Part shown: in pieces, positions 1 through 9,034 of the stretch | How positions within the stretch are numbered: position 1 is the first letter of the stretch | Layout of the letters: every line of letters begins with the position of its first letter | DNA from: Acidobacteriota bacterium | GTDB lineage: Bacteria > Acidobacteriota > Thermoanaerobaculia > Gp7-AA8 | DNA length: 64,000 nucleotides | Direction of reading: 5' to 3' | Assembly: GCA_019244185.1 (NCBI GenBank) | Contig: JAFATB010000006.1 | Coordinates: forward strand, 544,001-608,000 | Notes under the pieces: model-generated | What the model saw: the letters and a program-made list of their open reading frames with translations, nothing else | Told to the model about the DNA's origin: nothing | Databases searched by the model: none | Position numbers and translations under genes: made by a program

Positions 1-482
1 CCGAGCACGCCGCTCACGCCCCAGCTGAGCGGCGCGCCGTCGGCCGTGCCGAACAGCACGAAGTCATTGAGCGAGGGGACGAACACGGGCACGGGCGCGC
101 CCGCGGTGCCGAAGAGGTCGGCCTGCACGCCGGCGGCGAGAGGCGCGCCGCTGACGTTGTAGTAGCGGCGCTCGCCGGTGGTGCGGTTCTCGTTGTAGAG
201 ATACATCGTCACCGGCGCGCCGAAGCCGTTCGGGTCGACGGTGACGCGCAGCTGCAGCGGCTCGCCGGGGTTGAAGGTGTAGTAGTTGGTCTCGAGCAGC
301 GCGATCGGACGCGCGCCGGTCGTGTCGGTGGCATTCGCCTCCACGATGGCGCGGTCGAACGACGCGGCCGACACCGGCGCGCGGCGCACCCACTGCGTGG
401 CCCGATCGATGCGCGCGATCTCGCGCGCCTGCGCGGCCGCGCCGAGCAGGCCGATGGCCAGAATCACCAGGATCCTCTTCAT
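1..482 (-). CDS. Secreted/surface protein, partial (runs off the window start); downstream partner of the TonB receptor
   Basis: Read manually: ATG at 482 with AGGAGG RBS; MKRILVILAIGLLGAAAQA signal peptide followed by an open frame (...LETNYYTFNPGEPLQLRVTVDP...) to the window edge. Confidence 0.8.
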   Translation of the reverse strand, partial: MKRILVILAIGLLGAAAQAREIARIDRATQWVRRAPVSAASFDRAIVEANATDTTGARPIALLETNYYTFNPGEPLQLRVTVDPNGFGAPVTMYLYNENRTTGERRYYNVSGAPLAAGVQADLFGTAGAPVPVFVPSLNDFVLFGTADGAPLSWGVSGVL

Positions 483-520
483 GAACTTCCTCCTATTGGT
501 CGTTACGTGAAACGGTGGGA

Positions 521-3298
521 CTAGAACGGCGTGTAGCTGAGGCTGAGGGAGACTTTGCGGCCGGGGTCGAAGCTGCGCTGGATCTGCCCGCCCTGCACGA
601 ACTCGCGCTTCGCGTCCAGCAGGTTCGTCGCGGCGAGTTTCACTTCCAGACCCCGCGCGAGCGCGCCGAAGCTCTGCGAGAGCACGACGTCGAACGTCGT
701 CGACGCCGACTCGTACGTGTCCGGCAGGCCGAACGCGCCGACTTCCGTCAGACGCTTGCCGCCGTACGCGCCGAGGATGCGGAACATCGTGCCCCACTGC
801 GGGTGATAGAACTGGAGCGCGAGGTTGGCGACGTCGTCCGACTGCCCTTCGAGCGGACGATTCGTGTTCGTGACGACGGAGAACTGATGCTCGCCGACGT
901 CGACTTGCGACTGGATGTGCGCGTAGTTCGCGTTGACGGACCAGAGCCGCAGCGCCGGCAGGAGCGATTCGAGCGACCGGCGGAACTCGAGCTCGACGCC
1001 GTAGAGGTTCGCGCTGTCGGCGTTGACGAACGACTGGCGGAAGTCGCTGGTCGGCTGCACGATGCGCTCGATCGGCGAGTCGATGCGCTTGTAGAACGCG
1101 CTCGCCGCGACCACTTCGCCCGGCGTCGGGAACGCTTCCCAACGCACGTCGTAGCTGTCGAGGATGGCCTGCTGCAGATCCGGATTGCCGGAGATCGAGC
1201 GGCCGCCCGCGACTTCCGTGAACGTGAACGGGCTGAGCTCGCGGAACTCCGGACGATTCACCGAACGCCCGTACGCGAAGCGCAGATTCATCCGCTCCGC
1301 GAGCTCGTACACGACGTTGAGCGACGGCAGGATGTTGTTGTTGTCGTGGATCGAGTCGACGGTCGAGTCGACCGCGAACGGATCGAAGGTCGAGACGCGC
1401 TGCTTCGAGCTCTCGTAGCGCGCGCCGCCGATGACGCGCCATTTGCCGAACGTGAAGTCTTCCATCGCGTACGCGGCGTCGACGGTGTGCTCGGCGTCGT
1501 AGGCGTCGTTGACGCCGGTGGTCTCGCGGATCTCGAAGCCGTTCGGACGGATGTTCGCGGCGGTGTAGATCTCGTCCGGCGTCTGCGTGAGATCGAACTG
1601 CTGGAAGTTCGACGTGACGAAGCGAAAGCGCCGCGCCGCGAAGTCGCGCGTCCGCTTCTGCCAGTCGATGCCGCCCTTCACGCTGCCGGACCAGCTGCCT
1701 TCGGGCTTGGCGAAGAAGACCGAGTACGCGGCGCCCGCCTGATTCACCTCATCGTCGAGGTTGAAGTACTCGAGCTTGCCGGAGTCCGCGAAGCCGGTCT
1801 GCATCTGGAAGACGCCGGGATCGGACTCGCGGTAGATGTTCTCGCGCAGGTCGGAGTCGTTCGATGCCGTCGAATGCGCGACGCTCCACTCGACCAGGCT
1901 GCCCATGCCCGGGCCGCCGAGGTTGTGGTCGCCGCGCAGGCGCGTCGAGAGCACCTGCTCGAGCTGGTAGCGCACGCGGAAGTCCTGGATGTCGCCGCCG
2001 GAGTTCGTCTGCAGGCCTTCCTGGAAACGATCTTCGGACGCCGCGTCGCGCGTGAGCACGGAGCTGAGGTAGATGCGGTTCTGATCGTTGAGGCGGTACG
2101 AGAGATTGCCGACGAAGCCGCTGGTCGCGCTCTCGCGGTTCGTGGTGAGGTCGTAGTCGTTGAACGCGACGAGCTCGTTGTTCGCGTCGAGGCCGAAGTA
2201 GCGCTGCTGTTCGTCGATCGTGTTGTAGCCGTGGTTCGAGACGCCGGAGACGACCACGCCGAGCCGGCCGAACGTGTTGCCGTACGTCAGCGCGTAATCG
2301 GTCGCGGGCGGCGCGGACTTCGTGTCGCTGCCGGTCCACTGTCCGACGAAGAGCTGGCCGATCTGCTGCAGCTCCTGCGGCGTGAAGCCGTTCGGATTGA
2401 GGATGCTCGCGCGCTGCAGGAACTCCGACGGCACGCCGGCGGGCAGTTCCTGTCCGCCGTTGCCGAGGCGCGAGAGGCCGCCCGCGTACGTGCGGAAATG
2501 CTCGCCCGTCGTGCCGCTCTGGTAGCCGGTGCCGACAGTGAACTTGAGCGACTGCGCGCCGGGGAACTGCGTGGTGACCATCTCGACGACGCCGCTGCCG
2601 AAGTCGCCCGGCTTGTCGGGCGTGTACGTCTTGACGACGTTGACGGAGTCGAGGAGCTTCGCCGGAAAGAGATCGAGCGGCACGACGCGCTTTTCCGTTT
2701 CGGTGGTCGGCACGGTCGAGCCGTTGATGGTCGTGCCGCTGTAACGCTCGCCGAGTCCGCGCACGAAGACGTACTTGTCGCCGAGGAGCGTGACGCCGGT
2801 GAGGCGCTCGACGACGCCGGCGGCGCTGGAGTCGGGCGTCTTCTTGATCTCTTCCGCGGAGATCGAGTCGCTCACGACGGGCGCTTCGCGGCGGCTCTCG
2901 AGGATCGCCACCTCGCCGGTCTTCTCGCCCTGCGCGACGACTTCGACGGTCTCGCCGAACGCCGGCACGACCGTGAACGCGACGTCGAGTTTCTGGCCGG
3001 TGGTGAGCTTGAGATGCTTCGACACCGGCTTGAAGCCGTCGAGCGCGGTCTCGATGACGTAGTCCCCCGGCGCGAGGTTGGCGATGCGGAACTCGCCGTG
3101 CGCGCCGCTGACCTCCACTTTCGCCGACGACGCGTCGCCCGCTTTCGTCGCCGTGACGGTCACGCCCGGGACGGCCGCGCCGTCGGAATCACGCACCACG
3201 CCCGCCACCACCGCACCCCCGCCGGCTTGCGCAAACAGTGAGGTCGGAATCAGAAACACGACGAGCAGCAGGAGCGAACGAAAGCGCGAAACGAACAT
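521..3298 (-). CDS. TonB-dependent receptor with N-terminal carboxypeptidase-regulatory-like domain
   Basis: Signal peptide, GVVRDSDGAAVPGVTV domain, plug motif VRGLGERY, GNPDL motif, C-terminal aromatic residue; start taken at ATG 3298 within ORF 521..3373. Confidence 0.92.
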   Translation of the reverse strand: MFVSRFRSLLLLVVFLIPTSLFAQAGGGAVVAGVVRDSDGAAVPGVTVTATKAGDASSAKVEVSGAHGEFRIANLAPGDYVIETALDGFKPVSKHLKLTTGQKLDVAFTVVPAFGETVEVVAQGEKTGEVAILESRREAPVVSDSISAEEIKKTPDSSAAGVVERLTGVTLLGDKYVFVRGLGERYSGTTINGSTVPTTETEKRVVPLDLFPAKLLDSVNVVKTYTPDKPGDFGSGVVEMVTTQFPGAQSLKFTVGTGYQSGTTGEHFRTYAGGLSRLGNGGQELPAGVPSEFLQRASILNPNGFTPQELQQIGQLFVGQWTGSDTKSAPPATDYALTYGNTFGRLGVVVSGVSNHGYNTIDEQQRYFGLDANNELVAFNDYDLTTNRESATSGFVGNLSYRLNDQNRIYLSSVLTRDAASEDRFQEGLQTNSGGDIQDFRVRYQLEQVLSTRLRGDHNLGGPGMGSLVEWSVAHSTASNDSDLRENIYRESDPGVFQMQTGFADSGKLEYFNLDDEVNQAGAAYSVFFAKPEGSWSGSVKGGIDWQKRTRDFAARRFRFVTSNFQQFDLTQTPDEIYTAANIRPNGFEIRETTGVNDAYDAEHTVDAAYAMEDFTFGKWRVIGGARYESSKQRVSTFDPFAVDSTVDSIHDNNNILPSLNVVYELAERMNLRFAYGRSVNRPEFRELSPFTFTEVAGGRSISGNPDLQQAILDSYDVRWEAFPTPGEVVAASAFYKRIDSPIERIVQPTSDFRQSFVNADSANLYGVELEFRRSLESLLPALRLWSVNANYAHIQSQVDVGEHQFSVVTNTNRPLEGQSDDVANLALQFYHPQWGTMFRILGAYGGKRLTEVGAFGLPDTYESASTTFDVVLSQSFGALARGLEVKLAATNLLDAKREFVQGGQIQRSFDPGRKVSLSLSYTPF

Positions 3299-3433
3299 GC
3301 GCGGACTATAGAAACCGCGCGAAAACCGGTCCGCCGCGTGCCGTGAAGTCGACGTAAAGTTCTCGTGCAGCACCGAGCGGCCTCACGACCTGCGCCCTTG
3401 TGAGAATGGCCGCACGCTCCGATACTGCGGCAT

Positions 3434-4138
3434 ATGAAACGACTCCTCGTGCTCGTGGTCCTCGCGGCGGCGCTCCCGCTCGCCGCCGCCGAACCGCCGC
3501 TGACGAATCAGGACATCGTCGAGATGACGAAAGCGGGACTCTCGGCCGAGACGATCGTCGCGAAGATCCGCCACAGCGAGGTCGCCTTTCACACCGACTC
3601 GCAGATGCTGATCGAGCTCGTCGGCGACGGCGTGGCCGACGCGGTGATCCGCGCGATGATCGAGCAGCAGGACGCGCAGTCGCACGCGTCGACGCACATC
3701 GCGACGACGCCTGCGCAGCCGCAGCCGGCGACGCCAGCCGCATCGCCCGCGAAACCCATGACGGCGCCGGCGCCAGTCACCACCGCGACGCCCGCGTCCG
3801 CGCCCGCGCCGGCGCCGGCGCCGCGCACCCGCAAGAAGCACAAACGCATCGACGAGGTCTCCGTCGCCACCGACGGAGGCGGACGCTGCGATCACGCGAC
3901 GCTCGATCTGTCGTCGACCGGCCTCAAGACCACCGGCTGCCACGAGACGGACGTCGACGTGGCGTGGAAGGACGTGCAGTCCGTCTGCTACGTCTACTCG
4001 TTCCGCAGCACGCTCGTCATCGGCACCGCGAACGGCGAGCGCCGCATCTACACGAGCAGCCCCGCGGAGCTGAAAGCGCTGCACGATTCGATTCGCGCGT
4101 TCGCGCCTGGCACGCGTGAGGAATCATCGTGTCACTGA
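3434..4138 (+). CDS. Secreted hypothetical protein with Pro/Ala-rich linker
   Basis: MKRLLVLVVLAAALPLAAA signal peptide; LTNQDIVEMTKAGLSAETIVAKI helical domain; PA-rich linker; Cys-containing C-terminal domain. Confidence 0.75.
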   Translation: MKRLLVLVVLAAALPLAAAEPPLTNQDIVEMTKAGLSAETIVAKIRHSEVAFHTDSQMLIELVGDGVADAVIRAMIEQQDAQSHASTHIATTPAQPQPATPAASPAKPMTAPAPVTTATPASAPAPAPAPRTRKKHKRIDEVSVATDGGGRCDHATLDLSSTGLKTTGCHETDVDVAWKDVQSVCYVYSFRSTLVIGTANGERRIYTSSPAELKALHDSIRAFAPGTREESSCH

Positions 4139-4139
4139 C

Positions 4140-5672
4140 ATGACCGACCGACCGAAGAAGCTCGCCGCGATCGACGTCGGGACGAACTCGATCCACATGA
4201 TCGTGGCCGAGGCGCGCGAAGGCGCGAGGTATCGCGTCGTCGACCGCGAGAAGGAGATGGTGCAGCTCGGCCTGGCCAGCCTCGGCGGACAACCGCTCAC
4301 CGACGCCGCCATGGACCGCGCCGTCACCGCGCTCGCGCGCATGAGCGGCATCGCCAAGCGCTGGAGCGTCGACGAGCTGCACGCCGTCGCCACGAGCGCC
4401 GTGCGCGAAGCGCCGAACCGGCGCGACTTTCTGAAGCGCGTCCGCGACGAGACCGGCATCAAGCTGCGCGTCATTTCCGGCGAGGAAGAAGCGGACTACA
4501 TCTACCGCGCCGTGCGCGGCGCCGTCGACATCGGCGAGAGCACCGCGCTCTGCATCGACATCGGCGGCGGCAGCACGGAGTTCATCGTCGGCACCGAAGA
4601 CGAGGTGTTCTTCACCGCGAGCGAACGACTCGGCTCGCTGCGCCTCGCGCAGCAGTTCTCGCTCATCGACCGCGTGCCGCAGGCATCGATCGACGCGTGC
4701 CGCCGCCACGTGCACGAGCGCGCCGCGCGCATCGCCAAACGCATCCGGCGCATCGGCATCGACATGACCATCGGCACGTCCGGCACGATCCAGGCGCTGG
4801 CCGCGATCTGCTGCGGCGACGCGGACGCGGGCGCGCACGGACTCAAGCCACTCTCGCACGCGCGCCTCGCCGCGATCCTTCCAGAGCTCGCGCCGATGAC
4901 CGCCGCCGAACGCGCCGCGCGCTTCAATGTCGACGAGAAACGCGCGGCCACACTCGTCGGCGGCGCGATCGCCATCGACGAGTTCCTCACGCTTCTCGGC
5001 GTGCCGTCGCTGCTCGCCTGTCCCGTCGCCATGCGCGAGGGCATCATCGAGAGCCGCGTCTCGCAGCTCGCGCGCACGTCGAAGGCGGGCGGCTCGCTGC
5101 GCCGGCGTTCCGTGCTGACGATGGCGCAGCGCACCGAATGCGACCTTCGCCACGCGAACCACGTCGCGCGCCTAGCGCTGCGCATCTTCGATCAGCTCCC
5201 CGCCGTGCACGGTCTCAACGGCGACGCGCGCGAGCTCCTGCAGTACGCGGCGCTGCTGCACGAGAGCGGCCTGCACATCAGCGACCGCGGTCACCACAAG
5301 CACACCTACTATTTGATTCGTCACGGCGACCTGCGCGGCTTCACGGACGAGCAGCTGATCGTGCTCGCGAACGTCGCGCGCTACTACCGCAAGGCACCGC
5401 CGCGCGGCGCCGACGCGAACTTCCTCGAGCTGAGCGACGAGCAGCGCCAGCGCGTGCAGCGCCTCGCCGCCATCCTGCGCATCGCCGAAGGTCTCGACCG
5501 CGGCCACCGGCAGCGCGTGCGCGACGTCGCCGTCGAGGTGCGCAAGCAGGCCGTGCGCTTCACCGCGCGCACGCGCGCCAGCGCCGACGTCGAGCTGACC
5601 AGCGCCGAGAAACGCGCGAAGTATTTCGCGTCGCTCTTCGAGAAACGCGTCGAATTCGACACGGTCGCGTAA
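4140..5672 (+). CDS. ppx: Exopolyphosphatase / Ppx-GppA family phosphatase with HD domain
   Basis: AAIDVGTNSIH, ATSAVREAPN, ISGEEEA, DIGGGSTE, MREG motifs; C-terminal HHKHTYYLI domain. Confidence 0.93.
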   Translation: MTDRPKKLAAIDVGTNSIHMIVAEAREGARYRVVDREKEMVQLGLASLGGQPLTDAAMDRAVTALARMSGIAKRWSVDELHAVATSAVREAPNRRDFLKRVRDETGIKLRVISGEEEADYIYRAVRGAVDIGESTALCIDIGGGSTEFIVGTEDEVFFTASERLGSLRLAQQFSLIDRVPQASIDACRRHVHERAARIAKRIRRIGIDMTIGTSGTIQALAAICCGDADAGAHGLKPLSHARLAAILPELAPMTAAERAARFNVDEKRAATLVGGAIAIDEFLTLLGVPSLLACPVAMREGIIESRVSQLARTSKAGGSLRRRSVLTMAQRTECDLRHANHVARLALRIFDQLPAVHGLNGDARELLQYAALLHESGLHISDRGHHKHTYYLIRHGDLRGFTDEQLIVLANVARYYRKAPPRGADANFLELSDEQRQRVQRLAAILRIAEGLDRGHRQRVRDVAVEVRKQAVRFTARTRASADVELTSAEKRAKYFASLFEKRVEFDTVA

Positions 5673-5782
5673 ATCCTTTCCCCACCTTTTGCCGATCTTC
5701 TCCGCGTTGCGCACGCGTCCTTCACCTCCGCCGCGCAGGTGCATCAACTCGGCCTTCTATAGTCGCGAGCCGGAGGTTCCGC

Positions 5783-7501
5783 ATGCCGCTTTCCATCGCC
5801 GCGAACCCGGTCGTCGACCATCTCACCGGCGTCCACACGCTCTCGCGCTTCTACGACACGCTGCCGCGCGAACAGGCCACGCCGTTTCTCGAGACCGTGC
5901 GCCGCGAGCTCGGCCTGGCCTGCACGGTTTCCGATGACGACCTCGCGCGCATTCCGCGCACTGGACCGGTCGTCGTCGTGGCGAACCATCCGTTCGGCGC
6001 GGCGGAAGGGATCGTCCTCGCCCGCATCCTCGGCAGCGTTCGCACCGACGTGCGCGTGCTCGCGAATCAACTGCTCGGCCGCATCCCCGAACTGCGCGAC
6101 GACTTCATCCTCGTCGATCCGTTTCACGCGACGCCGAACGCGACCAACATCCGCGGCCTGCGCCACGCGCTCGCGCACGTCGCGCGCGGCGGCATGCTGG
6201 CCGTCTTTCCCGCCGGCACCGTCTCGCATCTGCAGCTCGACCGCATGACCGTCGACGATGCGCGCTGGTCGCCGAACATCGCGCGGCTCGTGCGCCGCAC
6301 GAAAGCCACGGTCTTGCCGGTCTACTTCCCGGGCACGAACGGCCCGCTGTTCCAGCTCGCCGGGCTGCTGCATCCCGCGCTGCGCACCGCGCTCCTGCCG
6401 CACGCGCTGCTCGACCGCCGGCACACGCGCATGGAGATGCGCATCGGGCGGCCGATCGAATGGTCGCGGCTCGCGCATCTCGACGATGACGACGCGCTCA
6501 TCCTCCACCTGCGCCGCCGCACGTACGTGCTGCGCCATCGCGACGCCCACGCGCCGCACAACGCCGCCGCGCAGCACGACGCCGTGCCGAAGCCGCGCGG
6601 CCCGCGCGCGCCGATCGCGCCTCCGCGTCCGTCGCGGATGCTCGCGCGCGAAGTCTCGGCGCTGCCGGCGCTCGCATCGAGCGGCGCGCTCGACGTCTTC
6701 GTCGCCAGCGCCGATCGCATCCCGAACGTACTGCAGGAAATCGGACGCCTGCGCGAGCTCACGTTCCGCGACGCCGGCGAAGGCACCGGCAACGCGAGCG
6801 ATCTCGACGCTTTCGACAGCTACTACCAGCATCTCTTCCTCTGGAACCGCGACCGCGAGGAAGTCGCCGGCGCGTATCGCCTCGGCGTGGTCGCGCCGAT
6901 CCTCGGCAAGTACGGCATCGGCGGCCTCTACACCTCCACGCTCTTCCGCTACAAGGCGGAGTTCTTCCGGCAGCTCGGCCGCAACGCCGTGGAGCTCGGC
7001 CGGTCGTGGATCCGCGCCGAATACCAGAAGAGCTACGCGCCGCTGCTGCTGCTCTGGAAAGGCATCGGCGCGTTCGTCGTCGCCAATCCCGACGCGTGCG
7101 TCCTCTTCGGTCCGGCGAGCATCTCGAACGAATACGAGGCGTCGTCGCGCGCGCTCATGGCGCGCTATCTCACCGACGACGTGCACGCGCGCGACCTCGC
7201 CGCGCACGTGCGGCCGCGCGCGCCGTTCCGCCTGCCCGCCTGCGAGCGCGCCGCCGACTTCGACGAGCTGCAGGAGCTCCTGCTCGAGATCGAGAACGGA
7301 CGCCGCGGCGTGCCCGTGCTGCTGCGCCAGTATCTGAACATCGGCGCGCGCGTGGCCGCGCTGAACGTCGACCGCAACTTCAGCGACGTCCTCGACGCGC
7401 TCGTCGTCGTCGACCTGCGCACGACGCCCGACAAAACGCTCGCCCGCTATCTCACCGCCGAAGGAGCGCGTGCGTTTCGCGCGCACCACCAGCGGTCATG
7501 A
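5783..7501 (+). CDS. Bifunctional PlsC-type + GNAT acyltransferase (OlsF-like ornithine/aminolipid synthase)
   Basis: N-terminal VVVANHPFGAAEG and FPAGTVS acyltransferase motifs; C-terminal EIGRLRELTFR, DLDAFD, VELGRS, PVLLRQYL GNAT domain; GGAGG RBS before ATG 5783. Confidence 0.82.
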   Translation: MPLSIAANPVVDHLTGVHTLSRFYDTLPREQATPFLETVRRELGLACTVSDDDLARIPRTGPVVVVANHPFGAAEGIVLARILGSVRTDVRVLANQLLGRIPELRDDFILVDPFHATPNATNIRGLRHALAHVARGGMLAVFPAGTVSHLQLDRMTVDDARWSPNIARLVRRTKATVLPVYFPGTNGPLFQLAGLLHPALRTALLPHALLDRRHTRMEMRIGRPIEWSRLAHLDDDDALILHLRRRTYVLRHRDAHAPHNAAAQHDAVPKPRGPRAPIAPPRPSRMLAREVSALPALASSGALDVFVASADRIPNVLQEIGRLRELTFRDAGEGTGNASDLDAFDSYYQHLFLWNRDREEVAGAYRLGVVAPILGKYGIGGLYTSTLFRYKAEFFRQLGRNAVELGRSWIRAEYQKSYAPLLLLWKGIGAFVVANPDACVLFGPASISNEYEASSRALMARYLTDDVHARDLAAHVRPRAPFRLPACERAADFDELQELLLEIENGRRGVPVLLRQYLNIGARVAALNVDRNFSDVLDALVVVDLRTTPDKTLARYLTAEGARAFRAHHQRS

Positions 7502-8337
7502 ACACCACCATGACCACGTCCGACATCCAGGCCGGCCTCAAGGCCTTCGAAGGCGACATCGCCGAGCTGCCGATTCCGGAGCTGCTGCAGTTCATCCACA
7601 TCAGCGGCCGCGACGGCGTGCTCGTGGTCAGCGACGTCGCCGGCAAGCCGCGCGCGGTGCTGCACTACGCGGACGCGAACATCATCCACGCCACGTGCGA
7701 CGGCATCACCGGCCGCGACGCGGTCTTCGCGTCGATCGCGTTCACGACCGGGCGCTTCGAGTTCTATCGCGGCAAGGCCTCGTACATCGAACGCACGATC
7801 GAAGAGAACGTGCAGAACCTCATCCTCGAAGGATTGCGGCGGATGGACGAGCTCTCGCACGTCGCCTCGCTCCTGCCGAAGGATCACGAGCCGCTCTTCC
7901 TCGCGCCCGAGCCGCCGCACGACGACATCCGCCTGACCGCGAAAGAGTGGCGCGTGCTGTCGCTCGTCAACGGCAAGCGCAGCATTCGCCAGATCCTCGA
8001 CGCCGCGCAGCGCGAGGAGTCGGAAGTGCGCGGCATCCTCGTCGGACTGCTCGCGGCCGATCTCATCGTCGACCGCCGCGACGACTCGTATCTCGACGCG
8101 ATCGTCCCGCGCCAGCTGCGCCAGAGCGAGCTGCGCGAGACGCGCTACGCGCCGCCGACGCTCATCGCGAACCTGCTGCTCAAGTCGTGCGACGGCCGCC
8201 GCAACGCGCGCGAGCTCATGCTGGAGATGAAGCTCGACGAACGTCAGCTCGTCGAAGAACTGAAGCTCCTCGTGCGCACGCACTGGATCGTGATCACCGC
8301 CGGCGAGGAGCAGTTCCGCCGCCTCGCGCAGGAATGA
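7498..8337 (+). CDS. DUF4388 (PatA N-terminal-like) domain protein
   Basis: FEGDIAELPIPELLQFI...G, LILEGLRRMDE, LTAKEWRVLSLVNGKRSI; ATG overlaps the upstream stop. Confidence 0.75.
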   Translation: MNTTMTTSDIQAGLKAFEGDIAELPIPELLQFIHISGRDGVLVVSDVAGKPRAVLHYADANIIHATCDGITGRDAVFASIAFTTGRFEFYRGKASYIERTIEENVQNLILEGLRRMDELSHVASLLPKDHEPLFLAPEPPHDDIRLTAKEWRVLSLVNGKRSIRQILDAAQREESEVRGILVGLLAADLIVDRRDDSYLDAIVPRQLRQSELRETRYAPPTLIANLLLKSCDGRRNARELMLEMKLDERQLVEELKLLVRTHWIVITAGEEQFRRLAQE

Positions 8338-8377
8338 CGCGCGCACGGAACGTGCTTCGTTCGCGGGCACGACGGCC

Positions 8378-9022
8378 ATGCGGCGGCACATCTTCATCGG
8401 CGACATCCACGGTTGCCTCGACGAGGTGCACGACCTCCTCGCGAAGATCGGCGTCACCGACTCCGACCGCGTCGTCTCCCTCGGCGACCTGACGCGCAAG
8501 GGTCCCAAGGTCGCCGGCGTGATCGATCTCTGGATCGCGCGCGGCTACGACGCCGTGCTCGGCAACAACGACGTCAAGCTCACCGCGCGCGCGACGCTCG
8601 TGGCCAGTCCGCGCCGCATCAAGTTCCTCCGCCGCCTGCCGCTCCATCTCGACTTTCCGAAGCTCGGCGTCGTGGCCGTACACGGGGGCGTGCTGCCGAA
8701 CTCCCGTTCGTTCGACGCGTCGCTCGTGCCGCGCCATGCCGCGCTCTCGCTCCGCCACATCCGCCGCGACGGCTCCGGAAAGTGGTCCAGCGTTCCGAAG
8801 GAAAAACAGGCGGATTCCGATCCATTCTGGGCCGACGTCTGGGACGGCGATCGCCTCGTCGTCTACGGCCACACGCCGCGGCGCGAGCCGCGCGTGCACA
8901 AGCGCGCCCTCGGACTCGACACCGGCTGCGTCTACGGCGGCAAGCTCACCGCCGCCGTCTTCGCAGGGCCCGAACGCTGGACGCTCGTCAGCGTGCCCGC
9001 GCGCCGCAAGTACGCCGACTGA
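8378..9022 (+). CDS. Metallophosphoesterase (ApaH/PrpE-like calcineurin fold)
   Basis: GDIHG, GDLTRKGP, LGNND, HGG, YGHTP, LDTGCVYGGKLTA motifs. Confidence 0.9.
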   Translation: MRRHIFIGDIHGCLDEVHDLLAKIGVTDSDRVVSLGDLTRKGPKVAGVIDLWIARGYDAVLGNNDVKLTARATLVASPRRIKFLRRLPLHLDFPKLGVVAVHGGVLPNSRSFDASLVPRHAALSLRHIRRDGSGKWSSVPKEKQADSDPFWADVWDGDRLVVYGHTPRREPRVHKRALGLDTGCVYGGKLTAAVFAGPERWTLVSVPARRKYAD

Positions 9023-9034
9023 AGCATCGCGCGC

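Noticed and set aside
515-3241. 908-aa plus-strand ORF and similar long antisense ORFs (e.g. 51950..54550, 56972..59650, 60204..62606, 62656..63987)
   Set aside because: Shadow frames of well-supported opposite-strand genes in high-GC DNA; Arg/Ala/Val-rich with no motifs.
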